Positions 28,678 to 37,760 of a stretch of 64,000 bases of DNA are shown here, one piece after another. A program made the position numbers and the translations under genes. Numbering within the stretch: position 1 is the stretch's first letter; every line of letters begins with the position of its first letter. The notes beneath the pieces were generated by a model. The model was not told the origin of the DNA and made no database searches. It saw only the letters and a program-made list of their open reading frames with translations. This DNA is from Myxococcales bacterium (GTDB lineage Bacteria > Myxococcota_A > Polyangia > Polyangiales > Polyangiaceae), in NCBI GenBank assembly GCA_016703425.1, contig JADJCA010000011.1, forward strand, positions 58,050 to 122,049, in the 5' to 3' direction.

Positions 28678-29145
28678 TCAGACCCCCACGAAATCGCTTG
28701 AACCGACGAGGTCCTTGAGGAGCGTCGGAACGTCGAGCCAACCGATGGAACGGTTGTCGATGGTTCGAGCCGCCGAGATCCACGGCGGCAACTTGTCACT
28801 GCCCGGTTGGTCGCGCTTCGCGCGCACGGTCGCTTGAACCATTCCAACGACGCTCAAGACTTCGAGCGCCCATCCGATGTCGGACTCGTCGGCGCTGACG
28901 ACGATGCCCTCTGTCTCCTTGCGACGTGGAGCGTCGGGAGCGCGATCACCGATGAGCGCAACGGAGATGATGATGCGCCCCTGATAGACGGCGAGACCAC
29001 CGACCCAACGACGCGCCAACTGCAGCGGCGTCGTTTCGTACTGGATGATTTGATAGACGGAGTCGACGGGAACAGCGACGCGAGCTCTCCCGATGGAGAA
29101 CTCGAGACCCGTCTGGATCGGCGCCTCGGTCGACGTGTCGCTCAT
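28678..29145 (-). CDS. CheW-like coupling protein (first gene of che operon)
   Basis: 155 aa CheW fold (EFSIGRARVAVPVDSVYQIIQ...GLAVYQGRIIISVAL). AAGGAG about 18 nt upstream. Confidence 0.7.
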   Translation of the reverse strand: MSDTSTEAPIQTGLEFSIGRARVAVPVDSVYQIIQYETTPLQLARRWVGGLAVYQGRIIISVALIGDRAPDAPRRKETEGIVVSADESDIGWALEVLSVVGMVQATVRAKRDQPGSDKLPPWISAARTIDNRSIGWLDVPTLLKDLVGSSDFVGV

Positions 29146-29385
29146 AATGGCGGCACAACGTACTCCTTAGTTTCTTCCGCGATCAAGCCTGCGGCATGTG
29201 TTTCTTTGGAGCGCAAGCGCGAGCGATGAAGGCGCAAATGTGGGTGGAGGAAGGCGTGTCACGCGACACCCGCGCAGGACAAAACGCAAAGCGCCCCGAC
29301 CGCGAGGTCGAGGCGCTTGCAGAATGCAGCGGTCCGAACGGCTTAGCTGGCAGAGCGGGACCGCGTGGGTGCCTCGCGCGCCGCG

Positions 29386-30753
29386 CTACCCCTTCTTCGG
29401 GGCCGCCGGCGCCGCCGCCGCGGGTTTGGCCTGCGCGCCCTGGAAGAACGCCTTCAGATCGTTGACGGGAACCCAGGAGCCGTCTTTGGCCCCCGTGATC
29501 CAGACCTTGTCGAGGCCCTGATTGTCGGCAGCGCCGAAGGTGACCGGCGCGCCGAGACCCGGGTCCCAGTCACGAATCGAGGCGAGCGAGGTCTGGAACT
29601 TCGCTCGCGTGAGATCTTTGCCCGAGCGCTTGAGGGCTTCGACCAAGACCTTCGCGTTCACGAAACCCTCAAGGGCCCCGAAGCTGTAGCGCAGCGAGCG
29701 ATAGTTGGGGTCCTGGAGGTCCGCCGGCGGCGTCGGGTTGCGCTTGTCGACGAGGTTTCGGTACTCGGCGACGACGGGGACTTCAACGGCCTCCCACGAC
29801 GGAACCACCTGGGTGTTGATGAGGTTGGTCGTGACCTTCTTGCCCGAGTCCTTCTCGTACTGGTTGAGCATGCGGATCAGCGTGTCGGCGCCGACGAAGC
29901 TCACGTTCGAGATGGGAGCCTGGTAGCCGGCGTTGCGAGCGTCACGAACGAAGCCGGCGCACGCCTGGTACGCGCCCACGGAGACAATCGCGTCGACGCC
30001 CTTGGCCTTGAGCTCTTCGACCTGCTTCGCGTTCGAGACGTCGAACTTCTGCCCACGCTCGTACCGCGTGACGACGACCTCCGGCAACTTGAGGGTGGGG
30101 TCCTTTTCGTTGAGCTGCCGAACCGCCAACTTCGTGCCCGAAAGGCCGGCCTCGCCGTAGGCGTCGTTTTGGATGAAGACGCCGATCTTTCGATGGCCGA
30201 GCTTGATGTAGTTCTCGACGCTCTCGCGGGTCTCCTGGTTGTACCCAGCGCGGACGTTGTAAACCTGCTCGAGGAAGGGCGCCTCGCGCTGCTTCTGACC
30301 GCCCGTGAAATTTCCGAGGAGCACGAGCTTCTGCTCCTTCGTCTTCTCGAGCTCCGGCAAGACTGCGTAGAGCGTCGGCGTGCCGACGGAGTTGAAGAGC
30401 GCGAAGACCTTGTCTTCGCCCATCAGCTTCTTGAAGGCCTCGACGGCGGGCTCGGGGTTGTAGGTGTCGTCGCGAGAGATGAGCTCGATCTTGCGGTCGT
30501 GAACGCCACCGTTTGCGTTGACCTCTGCGATGTACGCTGTCGCGCCGCGCCACACCTCGGTCCCGAGGCCTGCCGACGGGCCACGGAAGACGGCGAACTG
30601 GCCGATGATGACCTTGTCGTCGAAGACGCCGACGTCGGTTTGCTTCTTTTCTTGCGAGGGATCGGGATCCATCTCGACGGCACGCCTCTTCTTGCCGCAA
30701 CCCGCCAAGAGAACGACCGTCGAGGCAACAAGGAGCCAGCCGAGTTTTCGCAT
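29386..30753 (-). CDS. ABC transporter substrate-binding lipoprotein, periplasmic-binding-protein type I (branched-chain amino acid / LivJ-like)
   Basis: Lipobox LLAGC. Type I PBP fold with a LivJ-family-like sequence. 455 aa. Confidence 0.75.
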   Translation of the reverse strand: MRKLGWLLVASTVVLLAGCGKKRRAVEMDPDPSQEKKQTDVGVFDDKVIIGQFAVFRGPSAGLGTEVWRGATAYIAEVNANGGVHDRKIELISRDDTYNPEPAVEAFKKLMGEDKVFALFNSVGTPTLYAVLPELEKTKEQKLVLLGNFTGGQKQREAPFLEQVYNVRAGYNQETRESVENYIKLGHRKIGVFIQNDAYGEAGLSGTKLAVRQLNEKDPTLKLPEVVVTRYERGQKFDVSNAKQVEELKAKGVDAIVSVGAYQACAGFVRDARNAGYQAPISNVSFVGADTLIRMLNQYEKDSGKKVTTNLINTQVVPSWEAVEVPVVAEYRNLVDKRNPTPPADLQDPNYRSLRYSFGALEGFVNAKVLVEALKRSGKDLTRAKFQTSLASIRDWDPGLGAPVTFGAADNQGLDKVWITGAKDGSWVPVNDLKAFFQGAQAKPAAAAPAAPKKG

Positions 30754-31478
30754 GAGAATCCCTTTCCGGTGGTGCGCGCTCTTGGCTCAAAGCCGGGCGC
30801 GCGATTTCGCCTGCAACAGACAAAGCGGCGACCATGCAACTTTACACGGGCACCCAGGAAGGCCGTCAAGATTCGGGCGCGTGGGCCCGCACGATTTATC
30901 GCTCCTTGTGAAGCGTTCGGCGGCGCCGACCTACAGCGAAACCGACGAGCTCCTCGTCGACGGTCGGCCCTCTCCCCGTTGAACGTGAACGTGCCCGCTC
31001 CCGGTCCGATCTCGGCCAGCCGGCTCAACCGCAAGGGCGCGCAGACCTCTTGCACACTGCACCTTTTCAAACTGGGCACGAGGTCGCATGAAGTGCGTAT
31101 GCACAATCGCTTCGCCGAAGCGTTGACACTTGGAAAGCTCCGTTGTTAGCGTCGCGGCTGCGCTGGTCAAAAGCCGGCGCAGTTGCGGCAGCGCCTTCGC
31201 AGGCCGCACACGCATCGACCGCGAGCGTTGTCCCGAGTCCCGCACTCGAACTCACGGTGAAGCGAGCAACGAGCTGCGAACCCCGGTTCGCTCCCCTGCG
31301 TAAGCTCTCACTCGATGCGCGAACGTTTCACAGAAGTTTGTCCATAAACATCGAACTGGGTTATCCGTTACGCCAGCCTGCTTTGGTGCTTTCGCCGAAA
31401 GCGGTCAGGCACTCTTCGGAACCAAAAGCGCAGCTGTAGGCCACAAAAGCTGCGTTTCACTGTGCGAAAGGTGGAGAC

Positions 31479-33173
31479 ATGTTTGAGCGCTTCGGATCGC
31501 CGTGTGTGATCGCCGCCGCTTCTGTCATTGTGCTGGCTGCGACCCCTGCCGCGGCGCAGGGAACGCCTCCTGCGCCTCCCGGCGGGGATGCGCCGCCTGC
31601 TGCTGCCCCGGCCCCTGCGCCGGCGGCGGGAGCTTCGGCGGGTGGGTCGCTTTCAACGGGGGGCTTGACGCTCGGCGGTAGCGCCGACGTTCCGCCGCCT
31701 CCACCGGCCGGCGGCAGCGCCGACGGGAAGCCAGAGGAAAAGTGGGAAGCCCCCACCGCCGGGTACAACGGCGCGTTCTACGTCAAGAGCAAGAACGACT
31801 GGTTTCATCTGTATTTCAACGGACGCCTGCAGTTCGACTTCACGGCGCCGTTCGCCGCGGGTGCCTACCAGGCGAACCTCTTCCCCGGGTTTCTCGTGCG
31901 CCGCATGCGCATCGAGAACAGCGGCTGCTTCGGCGACAACTTCTGTTACTCGATGCAGCCGGACTTCGGCCCGACCTCAGTGACGGGCACGAACCAAGCG
32001 GCCGCGCCGCGCACGTCGAGCATCATGGCGACGGCCTTCGTGAACTACAAGGCGCATGACCTCCTGCAGGTCATGATGGGTATCGTTCAGACGCCCTTCG
32101 GCCTCGAGGCTCGCACGACGTCGAAGTACAAGGATTTCCTCGAAGACGGCATCTCGACCAAGTTCGCCGTCCCGAACGCCACCGAGCAAGGCGTCACGCT
32201 CTGGGGCGCTACCGACAAGAACATGTTCAACTACGAAGTTGGCGTGTTCGGCGGCGATGGCGCTGCGCGCACCAACGCCGACGGTCGCTTCGACTTCATC
32301 GGTCGCGTCTTCGCGATCCCGATGGCCGGGTCGAAGGGCCCGGTGGAGAACCTTCAGATCGGCGTCTCCGGCAAGTACGGGTCGCGCGACACGAAGAAGG
32401 TCAACTACGACATGCACAGCATCACGACCGGCAACGGCGTGGCGCTCTGGAGCCCGACCTACGCGGCGGGCGCTGCTGGAACGACCCGCATTCTCCCCGC
32501 TGGCGGCCAGATGGCCTTCGGTGGTGAGCTCCGCGTTCCCGTCGAGAACTTCGACCTCACCGGTGAGTTCCACTACGTGAGCAACAAGACCCGCGAAGAG
32601 CTCGACAGCCGCCTCGGCTCGGGCAACTTCGAACGTTACGGCGAGCTCTCGGGCATCGCCTACTACGCGCAAGCCAGCTACTGGTTCGGCAAGCGCGACA
32701 TCAACGGCCAGCCGGGCTACTTCCGCATCGCGAAGATGAAGTTCAAGAAGCCCGAGGCTCCGAAGGCTGGCGACAAGCCGAAGGGTCCCGACACGGCGTG
32801 GCGCGTCCGCGTTCGCTACGACCAGGTCATGGCGAAGTACGAAGGCGCGAAGGACAACGGCGCTGTCACGCAACGCGCCGTGAACGGCGTCCAGGTTCCC
32901 TTCTACGACGGCGACATCAACATCCGGTCGCTCCAGGCGGGCGTCGACTACTTCTTCACGAAGCACGTCGGCATGCGCCTGAACTACGGCCTCTACGTTA
33001 CGCCGGACTCGGCACCGGCGACGCCGGAGCCGGGCTCCATCGCCCCGGTTGCCACGGAGAAGCAGCGCGCTGCCGTTCCCGGTAACCGTCTCGCTGCGGG
33101 CCTCAACGACGACGCTCGTCGCGGAGCCCACTCGATCCACGAGCTCATCCTGCGCGCCCAGGTTGCCTTCTGA
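31479..33173 (+). CDS. outer-membrane porin, probably OprO/OprP-like phosphate-selective porin family, with a Pro/Ala/Gly-rich N-terminal extension
   Basis: Signal peptide. About 100 aa low-complexity region (PPAPPGGDAPPAAAPAPAPAAG). Long beta-rich body. C-terminal aromatic residue (..RAQVAF). GGTGGAG RBS. Family call made from overall pattern only. Confidence 0.5.
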   Translation: MFERFGSPCVIAAASVIVLAATPAAAQGTPPAPPGGDAPPAAAPAPAPAAGASAGGSLSTGGLTLGGSADVPPPPPAGGSADGKPEEKWEAPTAGYNGAFYVKSKNDWFHLYFNGRLQFDFTAPFAAGAYQANLFPGFLVRRMRIENSGCFGDNFCYSMQPDFGPTSVTGTNQAAAPRTSSIMATAFVNYKAHDLLQVMMGIVQTPFGLEARTTSKYKDFLEDGISTKFAVPNATEQGVTLWGATDKNMFNYEVGVFGGDGAARTNADGRFDFIGRVFAIPMAGSKGPVENLQIGVSGKYGSRDTKKVNYDMHSITTGNGVALWSPTYAAGAAGTTRILPAGGQMAFGGELRVPVENFDLTGEFHYVSNKTREELDSRLGSGNFERYGELSGIAYYAQASYWFGKRDINGQPGYFRIAKMKFKKPEAPKAGDKPKGPDTAWRVRVRYDQVMAKYEGAKDNGAVTQRAVNGVQVPFYDGDINIRSLQAGVDYFFTKHVGMRLNYGLYVTPDSAPATPEPGSIAPVATEKQRAAVPGNRLAAGLNDDARRGAHSIHELILRAQVAF

Positions 33174-33178
33174 GGAGA

Positions 33179-33463
33179 ATGGCCAACATGACCACCAAGA
33201 AGACTCTGATTGCACTTACCGCGAGCTTGGGCCTCGGCGTTCTCAGCGTCGTCGCGCTCACCGCCTGCGGCGACAACCCGACGGACATCAATCCCTTCGA
33301 CGCCGGCAGCGATGCGCGGCCCGACACCGGGACCGATGCCGGCTCCGATGCCGCCAAGACGGACGGCGGCGGTGACGGTGGCGGCGCCGGTGACGGCGGC
33401 GGCAAGTCCGACAGCGGCGGCGGCGGCTCCGATGCCTCCAGCGACGCGCCGACGGGCGGCTGA
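33179..33463 (+). CDS. small Gly/Asp-rich lipoprotein
   Basis: Signal peptide plus lipobox (ALTAC). Mature part is D/G/S-rich low complexity. High GC3. Confidence 0.4.
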   Translation: MANMTTKKTLIALTASLGLGVLSVVALTACGDNPTDINPFDAGSDARPDTGTDAGSDAAKTDGGGDGGGAGDGGGKSDSGGGGSDASSDAPTGG

Positions 33464-33515
33464 CAAGTAGCTGACGCGACCACAAGTCCCGATTCGTCGG
33501 GACCGACCCGAAGAA

Positions 33516-33545
33516 GGGAGCCTCCGAAACGAGGCTCCCTTTTTC
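33516..33545 (+). terminator. rho-independent terminator
   Basis: gggagcctc-cgaaac-gaggctccc perfect 9-bp stem followed by ttttt. Confidence 0.75.
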
Positions 33546-33634
33546 CATTTCGGCGCGTGGTGGAGGTTCGTTTTGGACAGCGATCCGTGCGAGACTTGGG
33601 AGGGTCGCTCTCGGCGCGAGCGCCCCCTTCATTC

Positions 33635-34537
33635 ATGGCTCCCGACGACGACGAGGTTACAAAGGTCGGTGTTACCGCCGACATCATCCCGGGCGCGCGC
33701 AGCCGCGACAAGGCGTACCTCGTAGCGCTCTCCGGCGAGACCATCGGCCAGCTCTACCCCCTTCCCGCCGGCGAGACGGTCGTCGGGCGCGGCACGCAGG
33801 CGACCGTGAAGCTCAACGACGACGGCATCTCGCGCAAGCATGCGCGGCTCCTTCGGCGCGGCGGCGAGGTGCTCGTCGAAGACATGCAGAGCGCCAACGG
33901 AACCTACGTCAACGACGAAGAGGTCCGCGGCCAACGGCTCCTCCGCGATGGCGACAAGATTCGCCTCGGTGCGACGACGGTGCTCAAGTTCACCTACCAC
34001 GACGAGGTCGAGGAGAACTACCGGCAGCGGATGTACGACGCGGCGCTCCGTGACGGCCTCACCAACGCCTTCAACAAGAAGTTCTTCCTCGACCGCTTGA
34101 ACACCGAGCTGTCCTATGCGCGAAGGCACAACAGTCCGCTCTCGCTCGTGATGTTCGACGTCGACTTCTTCAAGCGACTGAACGACTCCTTCGGCCACCT
34201 CGCCGGCGACGACGTCCTCGTGAAGCTCGCGGCCATCGGACACCAGTCCGTCCGCACGGAGGACGTCTTCGCGCGCTACGGCGGCGAGGAGTTCGCCGTC
34301 CTCTGCCGCGCTTGCCCTCTGCACCACGCCGGCGCCTTCGCCGAACGGCTGCGCGCGCTCGTCGCCACCACGTCCTTCGAGTGGAACGGGACGCGGCTGC
34401 CGGTGACCATTAGCTGCGGCGTCGCCGGGTATCCCGAGTGCGGCGCCCAGGCGCCCGAGCAGCTCATCATGGCGGCCGACGCGGCGCTCTACGAAGCGAA
34501 GCGCGCCGGCCGCGACCGCGTCATCGTCCGCTCGTAG
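33635..34537 (+). CDS. FHA domain and GGDEF domain protein (diguanylate cyclase)
   Basis: FHA (VVGRG..ATVKLNDDGISRKHARL...GEVLVEDMQSANGTYVNDE) followed by GGDEF with RYGGEEF. ATG 33635 preferred over GTG 33557, which sits 12 nt after the terminator. Confidence 0.8.
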   Translation: MAPDDDEVTKVGVTADIIPGARSRDKAYLVALSGETIGQLYPLPAGETVVGRGTQATVKLNDDGISRKHARLLRRGGEVLVEDMQSANGTYVNDEEVRGQRLLRDGDKIRLGATTVLKFTYHDEVEENYRQRMYDAALRDGLTNAFNKKFFLDRLNTELSYARRHNSPLSLVMFDVDFFKRLNDSFGHLAGDDVLVKLAAIGHQSVRTEDVFARYGGEEFAVLCRACPLHHAGAFAERLRALVATTSFEWNGTRLPVTISCGVAGYPECGAQAPEQLIMAADAALYEAKRAGRDRVIVRS

Positions 34538-35498
34538 CGAGCTCGACGCCCGCGTCCGCCGACGCTCGAGCCGGAGCGCGAGGAGCTTGTGTGCGCGCTT
34601 CCGCCCAGAGGAAGACGAACGCGAGCCACAATCCGTCGGCGACGAAGAGATGCACGAGCTGGAGCCACACGGGGGCCAAGAGCGCGACATTCACGAGGCC
34701 GAGAGCGAACTGCACGACGACGAGGGCGGTGACGGCGCGCGACCAAAAGACAGCTACCGGCGAAGCGGAGCTGCCGCGCATGAGCGCCGCGAGCGCCAGC
34801 GCCGCGAGGCTCACCGCCGAGGCGAAGAGCGGATGGAGAATGCGCAAGCGGAGCAGGACGTGCGCGCTCGACTGGAGCTCGGCGGCGAGACCTTCAGAGA
34901 AGCTCGTGGCGGGAAACAAGGTGTCGCCGAGGGCAGCGATGCCGCCGCTCATACCGACGACCATGAGGCCCGCCGCAACAAGCGGGAGCAGCGCGCGTTG
35001 GAGCAGCGGCAACCGTGAAGGCGACACCTCGCGAGACGCATCCGGTGGGACGCGACCGCCATGAATCGCCAGCGCAATGGCCGCCAGCAAGAGGAACGTG
35101 TTGCCCAGGTGCAGCACCATCGAGAGGGCGCGCTTGAGCGACGCGTTTTGGGCTACCAGCTCGAAGAGCACCAGGAAGCGACCGATGAGCGCCTCCACGA
35201 TCGTCAACAAGAGGACCGCTACCGACGCGATGCGAGGCAGCGCGCCGCGGGGAAACGAGCGAAAGGCCTGCACCATCAGCGCGAGCGCGAAGAAGAGAAC
35301 CAGGCCACTGGTCACGCGATGCGACAACTCGATTACGGTCTTTTGGGCGGGCGCCACCGGCAAGGCGACGCCATTGCAGAGCGGCCAGTGTGCGCCGCAG
35401 CCCGCGCCGGAGCCGCTCGCGCGAACGTAGGCGCCCCAGACGATGACCAAGAGCGTGTACCCGAGGGTCGCCCACGCGAGCTTTTGGAAGCGGCTCAT
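34521..35498 (-). CDS. ctaA: heme A synthase (CtaA/COX15 family)
   Basis: N-terminal LVIVWGAYVRASGSGAGCGAHWPLCNG motif and eight predicted TM helices, typical of CtaA. Trimmed to ATG 35498. Confidence 0.8.
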   Translation of the reverse strand: MSRFQKLAWATLGYTLLVIVWGAYVRASGSGAGCGAHWPLCNGVALPVAPAQKTVIELSHRVTSGLVLFFALALMVQAFRSFPRGALPRIASVAVLLLTIVEALIGRFLVLFELVAQNASLKRALSMVLHLGNTFLLLAAIALAIHGGRVPPDASREVSPSRLPLLQRALLPLVAAGLMVVGMSGGIAALGDTLFPATSFSEGLAAELQSSAHVLLRLRILHPLFASAVSLAALALAALMRGSSASPVAVFWSRAVTALVVVQFALGLVNVALLAPVWLQLVHLFVADGLWLAFVFLWAEARTQAPRAPARASADAGVELATSGR

Positions 35499-35562
35499 CG
35501 GGGCCTGCTCTACTACGCCTGCGCGGTGACGCAAGCCGGGCCCCGGGCCCCGAGCGAGCGTC

Positions 35563-35787
35563 TCACGGACGCAAGGAGCGCCGCTCCGCGCGCGCGAAGA
35601 GCGCTTCGCGGACGACCACGACGAGGAACATGAGAAACGACAGCGTTCCGAGCCCTTGCCCGAGCGAGAGCGCGAGCAAGATGGGCCACACGGTTGGATT
35701 GAAGACCGACCACACCATGAGCGGCAAGGCGACGATGGCCAACACGGCGGCGGCGCGAATGAGTCGCTCGTTCGAGGGTATTTTCAC
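35563..35787 (-). CDS. small hydrophobic membrane protein (about 74 aa), tentative
   Basis: GTG overlapping the upstream stop (GTGA). Two hydrophobic helices (AAVLAIVALPLMVWSV, PILLALSLGQGLGTLSFLMFLVVVV). High GC3. Confidence 0.3.
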   Translation of the reverse strand: MKIPSNERLIRAAAVLAIVALPLMVWSVFNPTVWPILLALSLGQGLGTLSFLMFLVVVVREALFARAERRSLRP

Positions 35788-36479
35788 GGGTGGCCCCCAT
35801 CGGCGGCGGGCGCCGGCATGGCATCGCGCGGAAGCCCGCCGTCTTCGAGGAGCTCTTTGCCGAGTTTGGTGACGGGATGGGCGAAGCCATGGCAGCCCGG
35901 GCTCGCGCAAGAGACCTGACCGCTTCGAAGGTCCGCTAGGGAGGACGCGTGGTCGGCCTTCTGAAGCCACCGGGGAGCTGTCATCGTGTGGCAACTGACG
36001 CAGTTGGCGTTGGGCAAGGGCCGAAGAATGCGGATCTCGTGCTTCGCCCGCTCAAGCGGCACGTTGCGAAAATCTTTCAGGTAGAGGGCCACGTGCCTCA
36101 TGCCGCCGAGTTTCGTGACGACGAAGCCATACATGCCGTAGTCCTGGTGGCAGTTGTAGCAATTGCTCGCGCCGAAGGAGCGGCTTCTCGCGTGAATGCC
36201 CGCGAGCGATGTAGTGTTCGGGTCGCTTGAATCGTTGGCGTGGGGCTCCATCACGTGGCACGAGCCGCAGAACGCGCGGGACTGGGTCGCCTGAAAACCA
36301 CTGACGTTGGCAAAGAGCGCGGTAGCGATGGGAAACACGAAGAGGCCGAAGAGCAGCCAGAGCTTCGTGGCCAGCGTAAACGCGGGCCGCCGCACGAGGT
36401 ATGTGACCAAGATTGCGATGGCGATCGACGCGCAGGCGAGCGCCAGCCATTCGATCCATGTGGCGCCGTGGTGTTGCAT
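35784..36479 (-). CDS. membrane-anchored tetraheme c-type cytochrome, NapC/NirT/NrfH-like (3 CxxCH plus 1 Cx4CH)
   Basis: Trimmed to ATG 36479. Two N-terminal hydrophobic helices, then CGSCH, CYNCH, CVSCH and CASPGCH. Confidence 0.7.
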   Translation of the reverse strand: MQHHGATWIEWLALACASIAIAILVTYLVRRPAFTLATKLWLLFGLFVFPIATALFANVSGFQATQSRAFCGSCHVMEPHANDSSDPNTTSLAGIHARSRSFGASNCYNCHQDYGMYGFVVTKLGGMRHVALYLKDFRNVPLERAKHEIRILRPLPNANCVSCHTMTAPRWLQKADHASSLADLRSGQVSCASPGCHGFAHPVTKLGKELLEDGGLPRDAMPAPAADGGHP

Positions 36480-36497
36480 CGTCGTCGGGGTGTGGCC

Positions 36498-37760
36498 ATG
36501 AAAGCGGGCCCGCAGCGCCAATGCAAGGTGCGTGAGCGAAGTCGCGTGTCGCCCCGTGACGTCCTCGCCCTCTCTGCACTCGCCGCGTCCACCCTCGTCG
36601 CGGGCGTCGCCGGGGCCGATCCGCTCCGATTGCGCGGCGACGCGCTGGTGCAAACTCGCTCCCCCGCCCCGACGGGGCTCTTGGTCCTCCGCGGCGAAGA
36701 CGGAAAGAGATTCGGCAAGACCATCGTCGACGCGGAGACCGTCGCGTGGCTCGGCGCCTTCAGTGGTGACGACGCCTCCGTAGGAGACGTCCTGACGCTC
36801 TCGGTGCGAGCGCGTCACGCGCCGACCGGTTCTGAGCTGCGCGCGGGCCGCATGGTCGTCACCATGGGAGCCATTCGCCCGACCCACGTGGACGGCGCGC
36901 GCGGGCTCGTGCGGGCCTTCGGCGGTACGACGCTCGAGGCCTTCGCCGGCGCCCCGGTGGCGCGGCGCTTCGACTACCGCACCTTCGATTTTGCGACCGG
37001 CGGTCGACTTGGTCAGTCGGTCGGTGACGCCGCGGCCGTCGGGGTGTCCTACGCGCAGCGGCACAATGGCGCGAGCCTCGCCGACGAGGAGGTTGGCGCG
37101 GACGTGGCGGTCGCGCCAGTTCCCTGGTTGTCGCTAGCGGGCCGCAGCGCCATGGATCTCGTGAGCCGCGGCGTAACCGACGCGCTTGGCTCGCTCTCGC
37201 TCACGGGCCAGCGAACGAAGGCGGAGCTCTTCGCCACGCACCGTTCGCCAGGACGGCTCCTGCCGGCCACGTCGCTCTTCTCCGTGCTGGGCGACTACGC
37301 CGCGACGAGTGCCGGCACCACGCTTCGCCTCCGCGCGTTCCCGCGCCTCGACTTGATCGCGAGCGGCGTGGTGCAAACGCAGGCAAAGGACGTCGGGGGG
37401 CAGGGCTCGGGGCGCGTGGTGCTCGCCCTCGACGACGATTGGAATGGTTCCATCTTGCTCGAAGGTCGGCGCGTCACGTTGGGACAGGCGCGTTGGAGCG
37501 GAGTCCGAACGGCGGCCGTCATTCCCCTCAGTCGCGCCTACCGACTCGGCACCGAGATCGAACTGGTGCGGCCCGACGATCCGCGCGGTCGTGGCTCGCT
37601 GTGGCCTTGGGCCTTCGTCAGCATGAGCCGTCGCTCCGCGTCGGGTCTCGAATTTGGCGTCGGCGTCGAGGCCTCAAGCGGCCCCGATCGCCGTGAAGAG
37701 GTCGTGGCGCTCGGGCGCGTATCGGTCGAGTGGGACTCGCTGCGGGGCGCGACGCGATGA
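36498..37760 (+). CDS. secreted beta-strand-rich protein, candidate outer-membrane porin-like partner of the downstream cytochromes
   Basis: Trimmed to ATG 36498 (signal peptide LALSALAASTLVAGVAGA). Many short amphipathic alternating segments. Stop overlaps the next ATG (ATGA). The start is only 18 bp from the divergent NrfH-like start, so one of the two starts may be wrong. Confidence 0.5.
   Translation: MKAGPQRQCKVRERSRVSPRDVLALSALAASTLVAGVAGADPLRLRGDALVQTRSPAPTGLLVLRGEDGKRFGKTIVDAETVAWLGAFSGDDASVGDVLTLSVRARHAPTGSELRAGRMVVTMGAIRPTHVDGARGLVRAFGGTTLEAFAGAPVARRFDYRTFDFATGGRLGQSVGDAAAVGVSYAQRHNGASLADEEVGADVAVAPVPWLSLAGRSAMDLVSRGVTDALGSLSLTGQRTKAELFATHRSPGRLLPATSLFSVLGDYAATSAGTTLRLRAFPRLDLIASGVVQTQAKDVGGQGSGRVVLALDDDWNGSILLEGRRVTLGQARWSGVRTAAVIPLSRAYRLGTEIELVRPDDPRGRGSLWPWAFVSMSRRSASGLEFGVGVEASSGPDRREEVVALGRVSVEWDSLRGATR

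Noticed and set aside
29146-29385. Sigma-54 (-24/-12) promoter upstream of the che operon, expected because an enhancer-binding protein is encoded in the window
   Set aside because: I scanned both orientations for TGGCAC-N5-TTGC. The closest candidates (cGGACCgctgcatTcTGCA, TGGCAGagcggGaCCGC) fail the GG/GC spacing, so no call.
31300-31378. Pho box in the porin leader (tTGTCCATAAACATCGAACTG)
   Set aside because: Only the first half-site resembles CTGTCAT. The second repeat at +11 does not match, so this is too weak to call.
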